DNA of 63,847 nt, counting the filler, from Octopus bimaculoides (taxonomy: Eukaryota), in NCBI RefSeq assembly GCF_001194135.2. It is 7 parts of 6 records of this genome, joined end to end, with 100 filler letters (N's around TTAATTAATTAA, not from the genome) between each part and the next. Parts side by side here need not be neighbours in the genome. Positions count along the whole stretch, not along the records: positions 46,336 to 54,395 come from NC_068998.1; positions 54,496 to 62,725 come from NC_068986.1; 5 more parts are not named here. One strand, 5' to 3'. A program made the translations under genes and the position numbers. The notes beneath the pieces are model-generated. The model was not told where the DNA came from. It saw only the letters and a program-made list of their open reading frames with translations, and searched no databases. Shown piece after piece: positions 52,471 to 62,825 of the stretch (position 1 is the first letter of the stretch; each line of letters begins with the position of its first letter).

Positions 52471-52984
52471 TCTCTAGACTATCGGCAAACGAGGAAATCT
52501 TTAGAAAAAATGAAAATATCTCAATGCGCTGGTAGAAACAGGATAGAGGGTAAGTTAATATATAGCACTAGAAACGAAACGAAGGGGCATACCAATAGCA
52601 ATAAAAGCTGGAACCTAATAGTTTTGGACACCGGGATTATTGGAAATAACTGGAAAATCCGCATGCAGCATTAAGAAAAGCAACAGTGGATCGGGATGGA
52701 TACGTAAACAATCATCGGATAGGCTGGAGAAATTGCAGCTAAACACCCTTTAAAAAGCATTCAACTAACCTAATAGTTACGGACACCGTGATTAGTGGAA
52801 ATAAAATTTAGAAATAAAAGAGTAGAAGCAAAGGCCTTACGAAAAGGAATAAACCGAGTACTACTAATATAAATAAGTATTAGAACAGCTTTGAAGGTAA
52901 ACTTTTTAATAAAACGCATTGCTTCTCTCAAGTGCTACGAGATATGGCATTCTTACTGTTAGTCGCATAAGCACATAATAACGA

Positions 52985-53400
52985 TTTCAATTTGCGGTAC
53001 AAGGCCTGAAGGTTCCGGTGGGGAGGTAAGTCAATAACATCAATTTCCAGTGTTCAACATGTACTTATTTTATGGAACCCGAAGGGATGGAAAGCAGCGT
53101 CGACTTCGGCGGAATTTGGACTCAGAAGATGAAGCCGGACGAAATGCCGGAAAACATTTTGCTAAGCGTGCTAACGATTCTGCCGGCTCATCGCCTTAAT
53201 AAATCTTTCAACATTTGTCACAATGCCAGCAATTTCGGGGGAGGGGTTAAATCTATTAGATCTATCTCAGAAGGATGCACATATTTTATTATGTGGTACA
53301 TATTTTATCGAACCCAAAAGAATCAAAGGCAAAACTCGACCCCGACATAAACTGAATCCATAATGCTAAAAAGGACGGATTGTTACACCCCGTCATAAAA
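52985..53400 (-). mobile_element. Two SINE family B copies
   Basis: GAAAGCAGCGTCGACTTCGGCGGAATTTGGACTCAGAA..CTAAGCGTGCTAACGATTCTGCC, with a second diverged copy following. Confidence 0.7.
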
Positions 53401-54495
53401 CGATCAAGTTCCAATATTCGAGATACCGTTGATTTTGTATCTAAATCATTATCTTAAGAAGGACGAAGTGCCGCTATGTATTTTGTCCTGCAGGCTAACA
53501 GTTCTTCCAGAAGATGCTCAGTTGTTATTTGTATATTCCACTAAATACCTGCATAGGATGATGAACCATGCAATCTGCTTTTGGAATACATTACCACGTG
53601 GAGTCAATGTAAAGATGAATGATTGATTTTTAATTTTCAGAAAACAAATGCTAAAATCGTGCGAATTAAATTTACTGTGAAAAACTTAATCATTAGGGAA
53701 TGTAAAATTCAAGAGAGGAATATTATTGCGCCGTGTCTATAAGGATATTCTCCTCCTACGCCTACTTTATAATGGATAGTGTAATGCGGTTATGATAAAA
53801 GGACTAGAAAACGACACGCAATGAATAGCGCACGTCACCCTAAAATAATAGAGGCCGTCTCTATAACATGAAAGGTTATAGGTAGGGGAATGTAAAAGAA
53901 GCAAGTACAAAAAGAATGCGAAGTCGATGAAAAGAGACGAAAAGAGTTAAGAGAAGAAAATTATGGTATAAATATTTAACGAACACTGTTTAAATAATTA
54001 ACGAATTACGTGTTACTAGTTTCGAGAGTAATGGAAGTAATTTACTGTGAAGAGGAACAGCATATAGAACTTGAAACGAAGAAAATTTAAAACAAAGTCT
54101 TCTAAAAAGTTTAAACGTAGAATTTTTAGATAAGATATAAAGATAGTCTAATTTAAATTTAAGTTAACGAGGCCGGTTAAAGACTAAAATTTAGCGGTTG
54201 CTCAACGTATGAAATCTAAATGTGATTCATTTAACTATAGTACACACCAAAAGTATATAAATATAAATGGTTCATCAATTGTACTCCAATAAACAGTAAA
54301 ATTATGTAATTGGTTATAGGAAAGATGCTAAAATGCATAGGTTTTTTAAAATAAACCATACATATAATTATATGGTTGCGTATATATATATATATNNNNN
54401 NNNNNNNNNNNNNNNNNNNNNNNNNNNNNNNNNNNNNNNTTAATTAATTAANNNNNNNNNNNNNNNNNNNNNNNNNNNNNNNNNNNNNNNNNNNN

Positions 54496-54542
<47 letters not shown>

Positions 54543-54659
54543 GATAGATAAATAAATAAACAAATAAATAAATAAAGATAGATAGATAGATAGAGAGAGA
54601 CAGACAGACAGACAGACAGAGAAAGAAAGAGAGAAAGATGTTCATAAGCAGACATATGC

Positions 54660-54826
54660 ATAAATATACATAAGCACAGGCGTGGCTGTGTGGTTGCTTC
54701 CCAACCATATGGTTCTAAGTTCAGTTCCACTGGTGGCACCTTGGATAAATGTCTCCCACTATAGCCGCGTGCCGAACAGAGCCTTGTGAGTGGATTTAGT
54801 AGATGGAAACTGAAAGAAGCCTGTTG

Positions 54827-54911
<85 letters not shown>

Positions 54912-55095
54912 CCACCGTTGTTTGGCAACTGATGTTGGTGTGTTTACGTCCACGTAACCTAGCGGTTTGGCAAAGGAATCCGATAGAATAAGTACTAAGC
55001 TTACAAAAAATAATTCCTGTGGTCGATTTGTTCGACTAAAGGCAGTGTCCCAGCATGGCCGCAGTCCAATGACTGAAACACGTAAAAGAATAATA
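54660..55095 (+). mobile_element. SINE family A, full length
   Basis: Match to 26920-27330. Confidence 0.88.
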
Positions 55096-55292
55096 GAATA
55101 AATGAATATATAATTCCATCTGTATCTCAATATATTTATATCCAGAACAGTTTATATATACACGTACGTGTGGCTGTACGCACCTACGTGAACACACTCT
55201 AAATATATATGCGCTTGATTGATTCGATATACATAAATTTTTAGTGGATTCCAATATCGCGCGTGTCTATCTCTCTACAGAAGTATAAGCAT

Positions 55293-55354
<62 letters not shown>

Positions 55355-55356
<2 letters not shown>

Positions 55357-55890
55357 TACACCATTCAAACTGACAGAAAGATAGATGCAAATAAGCCAGG
55401 CATCATATTGAAAGACTTCAGACAAAAATCATGCTTCCTCGTTGATATGACTGTCCCAATCGATATAAACGTATCTGTCAAGACCTACCAAAAACTGAGC
55501 AAATATAAAGATCTTGAAATAGAAATTAGCAAAATGTGGAACCTGAAGACTAAAACAATACCTGTCGTCATAGGTGCCCTGGGAATGATAGCAAAAGGGG
55601 CTGATTGCTACCTAGCTCAGATACCAGGAAACCCCAAAATGGCAGAAATTCAAAAGATAGTGCTCATGGGAACTGTCCATATCCTAAGCAAAATACTGTC
55701 TATGTAATCTCAAATTTTAAAACAAACACTTAATTTTCTTATGGTTTCTTAAACATTCTCTAGAACAACTCTACGTACAAAACCAAATATATGGCACTCT
55801 AGGCATAACACCTACATGAACTTCTAACTTGTTATTTCGTGAGGTCTCTGGGTGAGACATAGAGCCAACTTGTACAAATGTAAAGCAAAA
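55355..55890 (+). mobile_element. R4/Dong-type RLE LINE 3' end, copy 1
   Basis: NKPGIILKD..CFLVDMTVPID..KLSKYKDLEIEISKMW..IPVVIGALG..MGTVHIL. Flanked by (AAT)n. Confidence 0.88.
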
Positions 55891-55900
55891 GTCAAACATA

Positions 55901-55976
<76 letters not shown>

Positions 55977-55980
55977 AAGA

Positions 55981-56320
55981 AAGAAAGAAATGGAAAAACT
56001 TTCAAAATACAAAGACCTGGAAATAGAGATAACTCGAATGTGGAATCTAAAAACAGAAACAATTCCTATCATAGTAGGTGCCTTAGGTATAATAAAAAAA
56101 TATTCAGACAAATACATAACAAAAACACCAGGACTTACAAATATATATAACATACAGAAAATTGCACTACTGGGTACTGCACACATCCTACGCAAAACAC
56201 TTTCAATACAGTAAACATAAGAGCACCACAGCAAACCACAGCACATACCCAAGGCACACAGAGCTGCGCTCGGTAGTGAAGTGAAAGCACGTTATAAAAA
56301 TAAAACTACTGAACAATAAT
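55981..56320 (+). mobile_element. R4/Dong-type RLE LINE 3' end, copy 2
   Basis: EKLSKYKDLEIEITRMWNLKTETIPIIVGALG..LLGTAHILRKTL*. Confidence 0.88.
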
Positions 56321-56334
56321 AATAATAATAAGCC

Positions 56335-56925
56335 TTGCACAAAAAGAATACAAGTACCGCCACGATAAAGTGTATGTGTATCTTGATTGGCTTTTATGCC
56401 GTAAATACCAATATGAAGTAACAGAGAACTGGTATGAGTATGTACCAAGTAAATTTATGAAGGTGGATGGAAAAGTAACGATACTCTGGGACTATGATTT
56501 TCAGACGGATCGGGTAATCGAACACCGTCGGCCGGATATTGCCATATTGAATAAGAGAGACAAATACTGTCAGATCATTGATGCAGCCATACCAAATGAC
56601 GTGAATGTTGTGGGTAAAGAGGTTGACAAATTACCAAGTACTCCGAATTGAAAGTGGAAATGGCAAGACTGTATGGAATGCGAGAGGGTAATGTAAAAGT
56701 GATACCAGTGGTGATCGGAGCATTGGGCTCAATCCCATTGAAACTTCAAAACTTTTAAAGGCAACTAGAAATCCCATGTCTTGCAAAAAGCAGTCTTATT
56801 GGGCACAGCGCACATCTTAAGGAAAGTATTATCTGTTTAAAGATAATACTTGTTGTAACTTGACAGATGATTAAAGACTCTGGTGCAATTTTACCTACTC
56901 TGTGTTACGAAGGAAAAATAATAAT
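56335..56925 (+). mobile_element. R4/Dong-type RLE LINE 3' end, copy 3
   Basis: AQKEYKYRHDKV..TILWDYDFQTDRVIEHRRPDIAIL..CQIIDAAIP..IPVVIGALG..LLGTAHILRKVL*. Confidence 0.9.
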
Positions 56926-56926
56926 A

Positions 56927-57140
56927 AGAGCATTCAGAGAACGCAAACCTCCGCGAAGGCAACACCAAAATCCTCTCAACGATTAGCCAGAGATGATTTT
57001 TAAAATGAGAATATCTAAAATAAACTCGAATGCTCTCACAAACGAGAATACTAAATATGAAACCGACCGCTCTCAGAAATTATGAAAAAAAACCTGAAAA
57101 ATAATCGAGAATCCTTCTCCGGCACTCTATCGATCCCAAT
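56927..57140 (+). mobile_element. 5' part of a probable Helentron/HINE-like element; its 3' part is at 59130-59348
   Basis: AAGAGCATTCAGAGAACGCAAACCTCCGCGAAGG follows (AAT)n. Its ACCTCCGC..AAGG is inversely complementary to the terminal palindrome at 59323-59348. Confidence 0.5.
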
Positions 57141-57279
57141 GGTAGTCATGGAATGTGAAGGTGCGTTGCGGGCCGTGTTTGTAATGCTGTATGTGTGTAT
57201 CGTCTGCGGTGGGAATAGGGACAGTTTTCTCTACATTATTTACATTTGACGGATATTTGTCCTCATCTTGTTTGTTGTT

Positions 57280-57325
57280 AACACAACGTTTCAACTGTTA
57301 TACCCTCCAGTCTTCATCAGGTGTC
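57280..57325 (-). ncRNA. Minimal type I hammerhead ribozyme in the PLE pseudo-LTR, core intact
   Basis: GACAC-CTGATGA-A-GACTG-GAGGGTATAA-CAGTT-GAAAC-GT-T-GTGTT. The triplet is GUU and stem III is palindromic ACGT. Confidence 0.65.
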
Positions 57326-57394
57326 TTGAGGAAATTTCGAACCTTGGGTATTTTCCGATGTTGCTGTTATTATTATTATTGTTGTTGTTGTTCA

Positions 57395-57467
57395 GGTCAC
57401 TGCTTGGAATCGAACTTGGAATCTTGGGGTTAGTAGCCCGCACTCTTAACCACTACGCCATATGGCC
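57395..57467 (-). ncRNA. 73-nt tRNA-derived (SINE-head-like) Pol III promoter unit; not a functional tRNA
   Basis: A box TGGCGTAGTGG, B box GTTCGATTCC, anticodon-like loop CTACTAA. The T stem and acceptor stem pair poorly. Confidence 0.75.
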
Positions 57468-58314
57468 GTGGGCAATTATGGAGTGAATTTTAGGGCTTAT
57501 AAATCTAATATTTTCATATCCTTCCTTAATATTGGTTCCCATATGCTACCCATATCTGTACTATAGGTGATTGAAGAAAAAACTAGTGACAGACACCCAT
57601 CTAAAAGAACGCACTAGTATACTAATGGGAAACTTGATGGAAATGTTAACCTTCTGAGTAGAAACTACCTACTTCAGTATGGACACTGATATATATATCG
57701 ACAAGAATAGGGTTTAGCTATGGGTTCGCCATTATCACCGATAATAGTCAATATATACATGGAATACTTTGAGAATATGACTTTAAGATCAACACCACTA
57801 AAACCAACTCTATGGCTGCGATATGTTGATGGCACCTTTATACTCTGACCCATCAGGAAGATGTCCAAGTACTGTTAGATCATGTGAACTCAATAAAGCC
57901 ATCCATACAGTTCACAATGGAAAAAGAAAAACACAATCAGCTAGCATTCCTGGACGTATAAATAACACGCACCAAGTATGGATTCAGGACAGTTGTAGTA
58001 GGTTATACAAAGGTGAAACATGCCAACCCCTCAAAATAAGGGTAGAGGAACATCTCAGAGCTGTGACATATTGATAAATCGGGTATAGTTGATCATGTAT
58101 GGAAAAACAGAGATCCTTCCTGTGGGAGGAAGTTAAACTAATAGACAGAGAGCACTACTGGAAAATACGAAAACTAAAAGAACCAGCACGTATGCTAGGA
58201 CATAATAACCTCCTAAGCAGACCGAGTGCAGATATGAACAGCATATAGGAACCAGTATTAAGGAAGGATAGGAGAATATTAGATTCATAAGCCCTAAACT
58301 CCATAATTGCCCAC

Positions 58315-58387
58315 GGACATATGGCGTAGTGGTTAAGAGCGCGGGCTACTAACCCCAAGATTCCGAGTGCGATTCCAAGCAGTGACC
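58315..58387 (+). ncRNA. Second copy of the tRNA-derived unit in the PLE 3' UTR
   Basis: GGACATATGGCGTAGTGGTTAAGAGCGCGGGCTACTAACCCCAAGATTCCGAGTGCGATTCCAAGCAGTGACC. The B box has T>G in this copy. Confidence 0.75.
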
Positions 58388-58416
58388 TGAGTAACAACAA
58401 CAACAACAACAACAAC

Positions 58417-58462
<46 letters not shown>

Positions 58463-58614
58463 TCAAAAAATATCTGAGGAATGAGAACCCAGATTCGAAA
58501 TTTCCCCAAGACAACTGATGAACGTTGTGTTAACAACAAACAAGATGAGGACAAATATCCGTCAAATGTAAATAATGTACATAATTCCTCATCTCTCAAA
58601 TATAGAACTGTACA

Positions 58615-58720
58615 ATTGTCTCTATGGAGGCCTTTTTTAGTCTATCCACTAATATAGTGTCTTCACGACCATTAAAGTCTATCTTGAAAAATTTATCTGT
58701 GCGCGAAAGAAAACGGACAC
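58615..58720 (-). mobile_element. Gypsy pol C-terminal remnant
   Basis: LSRTDKFFKIDFNGREDTILVDRLKKA, the same region as 31170-31230. Confidence 0.7.
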
Positions 58721-59129
58721 GACTTGCATGAGGTGCTGTAAACGGAGTCTCAACAATATCGTTGCGCACTAAAACCTGAGTCCAAGAAGTAAAAGCAGAG
58801 CTAGAAATGCAATTGTCAAGTAGGTAAGATGTTTTAAACAGGAGCGATATATTCAAAATTAGTAAAACTAAAAACTGTCGAGGATGAATTAAATTTATTA
58901 TCGTTACTGAATTTGTTAATGTCATATAATCTCTGAACAGTTTTTCTGCCGTTTGATTATGTAGTTTAATTTCTTCAACCATCAGTCTCTAAGATAGGGA
59001 CGCGAGTGAAATTATAATAGAGAAGAGAAAAAACAACTTCGGAAACAGTAACGCCGCCATAACCTACGTGGAAACCATGAGCGTGCTTTCAATGGAGATA
59101 ATCAGAGAAAGACCTGAAAGTGAATGTAA

Positions 59130-59344
59130 GATCGTAATACTTCATGTAAAGTAAATATAACAAATCCTTGTTCGGTACCGGATCAATCCCAAAATCTAAT
59201 CAGTTCGTGCTAGTCACGAGGCCAAACATCCCTGAAAGTTTCATCTTAATCCACCCAGTAGTTCTTGAGATATCCTGTCCACGAACAAACAAATAAGCAA
59301 ACAAACACTACTGAAAACAATACCTCTGCCTTAGCTAAGGCGGA

Positions 59345-59348
<4 letters not shown>
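59130..59348 (+). mobile_element. 3' part of the HINE-like element, with terminal palindrome, followed by (AAT)n
   Basis: AAAGTTTCATC..AATCC..TTCTTGAGATATC..AACAAACAAA..ACCTCTGCCTTAGCTAAGGCGGAGGT|AATAAT. Confidence 0.55.
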
Positions 59349-59418
<70 letters not shown>

Positions 59419-59489
59419 AAGGAATTTTTGGGGGTTTGGATAATTCACTTTTGGAAACATGGGTGTTTTGCTCAATATCCTTAAACAAC

Positions 59490-59735
59490 CCTTATTCAGG
59501 GACCTTTTGAGCGGATGGGCTACTCGACTTGAAGAAAATTCTAATGGGGCCCCACCTACTAAGTCACGCGCTGTTTATCTTGATATGAAATCACCATGTC
59601 ACGCACATATGGTTGTGATGCATGTGCTTGATGTTCCTTTATCGGATGGGTAGTCATGACGAGCATGTTGGGCTTTTTATATTTTACTCCAGTGCCACTT
59701 TGATGGCATGCACTGCTCTCTCACTCAATAATAAC
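59490..59735 (+). mobile_element. Interspersed repeat, probably a LINE 3' tail, clade unassigned
   Basis: Ends GGCATGCACTGCTCTCTCACTC followed by (AAT)n. Recognised from recall only. Confidence 0.45.
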
Positions 59736-59764
59736 AATGATGATGAAGATAATAATAATAATAA

Positions 59765-59960
59765 ATTACATAAAATACAGAATATATAATACAGCAGAAA
59801 GTGATAAGACCAGAATCTGTGGACAAAACGGTGAAACCGTATGACATGTTACCAGCCAATGTACGCCACTAGCCCAGAAGGAATATAAGAAACGCCACGA
59901 CAATATAGCCAGGCTTGTCCATTGGGCACTCTGCAACAAGTATGGACTTGACAGAGCAAA
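59765..59960 (+). mobile_element. R4/Dong-type zinc-knuckle region fragment
   Basis: RICGQNGETV*HVTSQCTPLAQKEYKKRHDNIARLVHWALCNKYGL. Confidence 0.8.
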
Positions 59961-61039
59961 AGATTGGTACATTCACAGCCCTCTGTCGGTCGAGCAATAT
60001 GGATAGGGAAATGCTTACATTGGCATTTTATATAAGATTAATAATGAGAAAGAGCGACCAGATTCTGAGGTTAATCCGGTTATCGACAAGATTCAGCTGG
60101 TTGGTCTGTTCTGTAAAACTTCCATCCCAGAGGCTATGGTTCAATTCTAGAAATTCCTGTTCAGAAATAAACTTTACAGTCACGGAACTTTCATTATCCA
60201 GAGCTGTCTGAGCGTACATAGAGCGATGATACCTTACTTCACGGGGCGCTTCTGATTTGTGGAGTTTTTGTCAAACAGTTATTGTTGCATGAGAGACAGA
60301 TCCAGTTGTCGGTTAAATATATCGTGAAAACTGCTCCGAGAAGGGTTGACGATTCTTTTTTGTCCGGTAGCTATGGCGGAAGAGGTTGTCTAGAAGCGGT
60401 TGTCTAGTGGTTGACAGACACATTCAGATGTTTTCCTCTTTGGCTAAAATCTCATCGACATTTTCAAGCTTCACTCAGTGAGGAAGGAGAAATGAAGGAG
60501 ATACTGCCTTGAAGCAATTTTGTAGAAATGTGACTAAGAGAATCGAGAAGATGACTCCAATGGATGACATATTTTCTTCCAGTGTCCTTGGATAGAAAAA
60601 TCGTAAGAGCATCGGGAGAAAAGACTTTGAAGTATTTGTTCCCCTTGTTTATGTGCTTAATTCAAACCCCGTCCAGATCAACTTTGTCTTTCATCTCACC
60701 ATGATCGATAGGAACAGGGTACCATTCAACCACTGAAGTCGGTGGTATCCACTAACCCTATCTCCTCAACAATACTAGGCTTGGAAGTAAACCCTAAGCA
60801 AGTTATTACTCCTCTTCCTCTTCCTCATCTCTCTTTCTCCTGTTTCCTTCCTCATCTTCTTCATTTTACCTGCTCTTCTCCTTCTCTTCCTTCTCCTCTT
60901 CCTTCTACCCCCTTCCTCCTCCTCTTTCTCTTCTTCCTCCCTTCCTCTTCCTACACCTCCTCTTCCTACACTTCCTCATTCTCCTCTTCCTCTTCCTTTT
61001 TCTCCTCTTCCCTTCCTCCTTTGGACGTGGAATAAGTAC

Positions 61040-61179
61040 ACTGTTATTGGACGCTCAGGAAAGGAAAGAAAAGAAAGAATATCTCACGTTCCGAGCGGAG
61101 CTCTTCATCAGAAATATAGAAAAAGTCCAAAGAAGGGAAGACGGAGAAAGAAAATCGCCAACGATACACACGCGATATA

Positions 61180-61180
<1 letters not shown>
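61040..61180 (-). mobile_element. Solo PLE-type terminal repeat with a decayed hammerhead (61079-61117)
   Basis: ATATTT-CTGATGA-A-GAGC-TCC-GCTC-GGAAC-GT-G-AGATAT. Confidence 0.55.
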
Positions 61181-61262
<82 letters not shown>

Positions 61263-61594
61263 GCATATCCATGCAGATAAAATAAATATATGTATATATA
61301 AATATGTATGTGTAAGATCGTTGGTGGGTAACTCTCGATGTGCACTTGTGTATGTCCATGTAACATACACAAGCGGAAAAGAATAAAAGACAAGTAAACA
61401 TGAACTACCTCTCATCAGCCATGGAGACGATATTCAAGCATAGTTTCGGCGCGTTTAAAGTCCACACAAACTTATATGTGTGTATGTATATGTCATTATT
61501 CAGTTTATTTCAAGATTTCTTGCCAATAGAGAAATAACAGGTTTCTAACCTAGATCGAAGGTTCCTTCGTTGGAATTTCAACATAAACAACAGG

Positions 61595-61642
<48 letters not shown>

Positions 61643-62670
61643 TGAAATGTATATTGTATACTACACAACATACAAATACACTTATATGCGTAAATTGTGT
61701 AAAGGCATATGAATAAATATATATATACACTCTTATGTACTGGTGCGCATTTGTATGTGCGTACATGTTTTTCAGTCACCGTTTGTCCTAATCTCTCTGA
61801 CTCTGTTCGTATATGCGTTTGCGGATGTATCTGTATTTAACATCAATTCTAAATATTTATCACCTCTATAAACCAAATTAAAGGGATAGATATTCACCAA
61901 ATTGTCTGAAAAGACTCATCTCATTGAGCTATCACATTCCGGACTGCAAAATTAATAAAGGTTCTTTGATATCTATATGTTTTAATATTTTCGTGCATGA
62001 ACAGAAACAAAAAAAAAAAAAACAAGCAAGCAGATGTAAACGATATATACATATTTGACCCCATACACAAGTACTCTCTCTCTCTCTCTCTCTCTCTCNN
62101 NNNNNNNNNNNNNNNNNNNNNNNNNNNNNNNNNNNNNNNNNNNNNNNNNNNNNNNNNNNNNNNNNNNNNNNNNNNNNNNNNNNNNNNNNNNNNNNNNNNN
62201 NNNNNNNNNNNNNNNNNNNNNNATATATATATATATACTACAGAATCGGACAAGAACGCAAAACATCAATGTTTTGCGTTCTTGTCCCATGTATGTATAT
62301 ACATATATATACATACATGCATACACACACAAACAGATCCATAACACACACATACATACATATGTGTGTGTGTGTCTGTGGATAAATACAAACACACGCA
62401 CACAAATAAGTATGCGTACATGTGTATTTTAGTATAATTAATATTATGCTAATTGGAGACAGTGAGTTTAATTTTTCCCTTTGTGACGCATGAGCACAAG
62501 TTTTGTGTCGCTTCCACCTAAAAGCATCTCCATTAAATACGTAAATAGTGAATGGGATATATGTGCAAACGCACCTATCTACACACACACTCACACACAC
62601 AGGGAAATATACACACTCGTTTGTATACATACTCACACACATATATACATACATACATACATACATACAT

Positions 62671-62725
<55 letters not shown>

Positions 62726-62825
62726 NNNNNNNNNNNNNNNNNNNNNNNNNNNNNNNNNNNNNNNNNNNNTTAATTAATTAANNNNNNNNNNNNNNNNNNN
62801 NNNNNNNNNNNNNNNNNNNNNNNNN

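Larger units (their letters stand above)
57233..58610 (+). mobile_element. 5'-truncated PLE (RT plus GIY-YIG, internally deleted) with an inverted copy of its 3' end at the 5' junction
   Basis: ETTYFSMDTDIYRQE*GLAMGSPLSPIIVNIYMEYFE..WLRYVDGTF..IQFTMEKE..AFLD and YKGETCQPLKIRVEEH..IRKLKE. 57233-57548 is the reverse complement of about 58248-58578. Confidence 0.92.

Noticed and set aside
40311-53626. Splicing 40342 to the acceptor at 53494 (phase-compatible, giving MATGIRRHYTRLTVLPEDAQ..)
   Set aside because: It crosses two assembly linkers, the product is short and unrecognisable, and the phase match has a 1 in 3 chance.
57395-57467. Functional tRNA gene (anticodon ACT)
   Set aside because: The T stem (CCAAG/CCAAG) cannot pair and the acceptor and D stems are broken. 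It is kept as a tRNA-derived promoter unit.
1162-62777. ORFs rich in YI, HT, CV, II, LL or TYLP repeats
   Set aside because: These are translations of (TA)n, (CA)n, (AAT)n and (TAGG)n microsatellites.
2564-62781. Long ORFs in the supplied track made mostly of X
   Set aside because: They only span N gaps.
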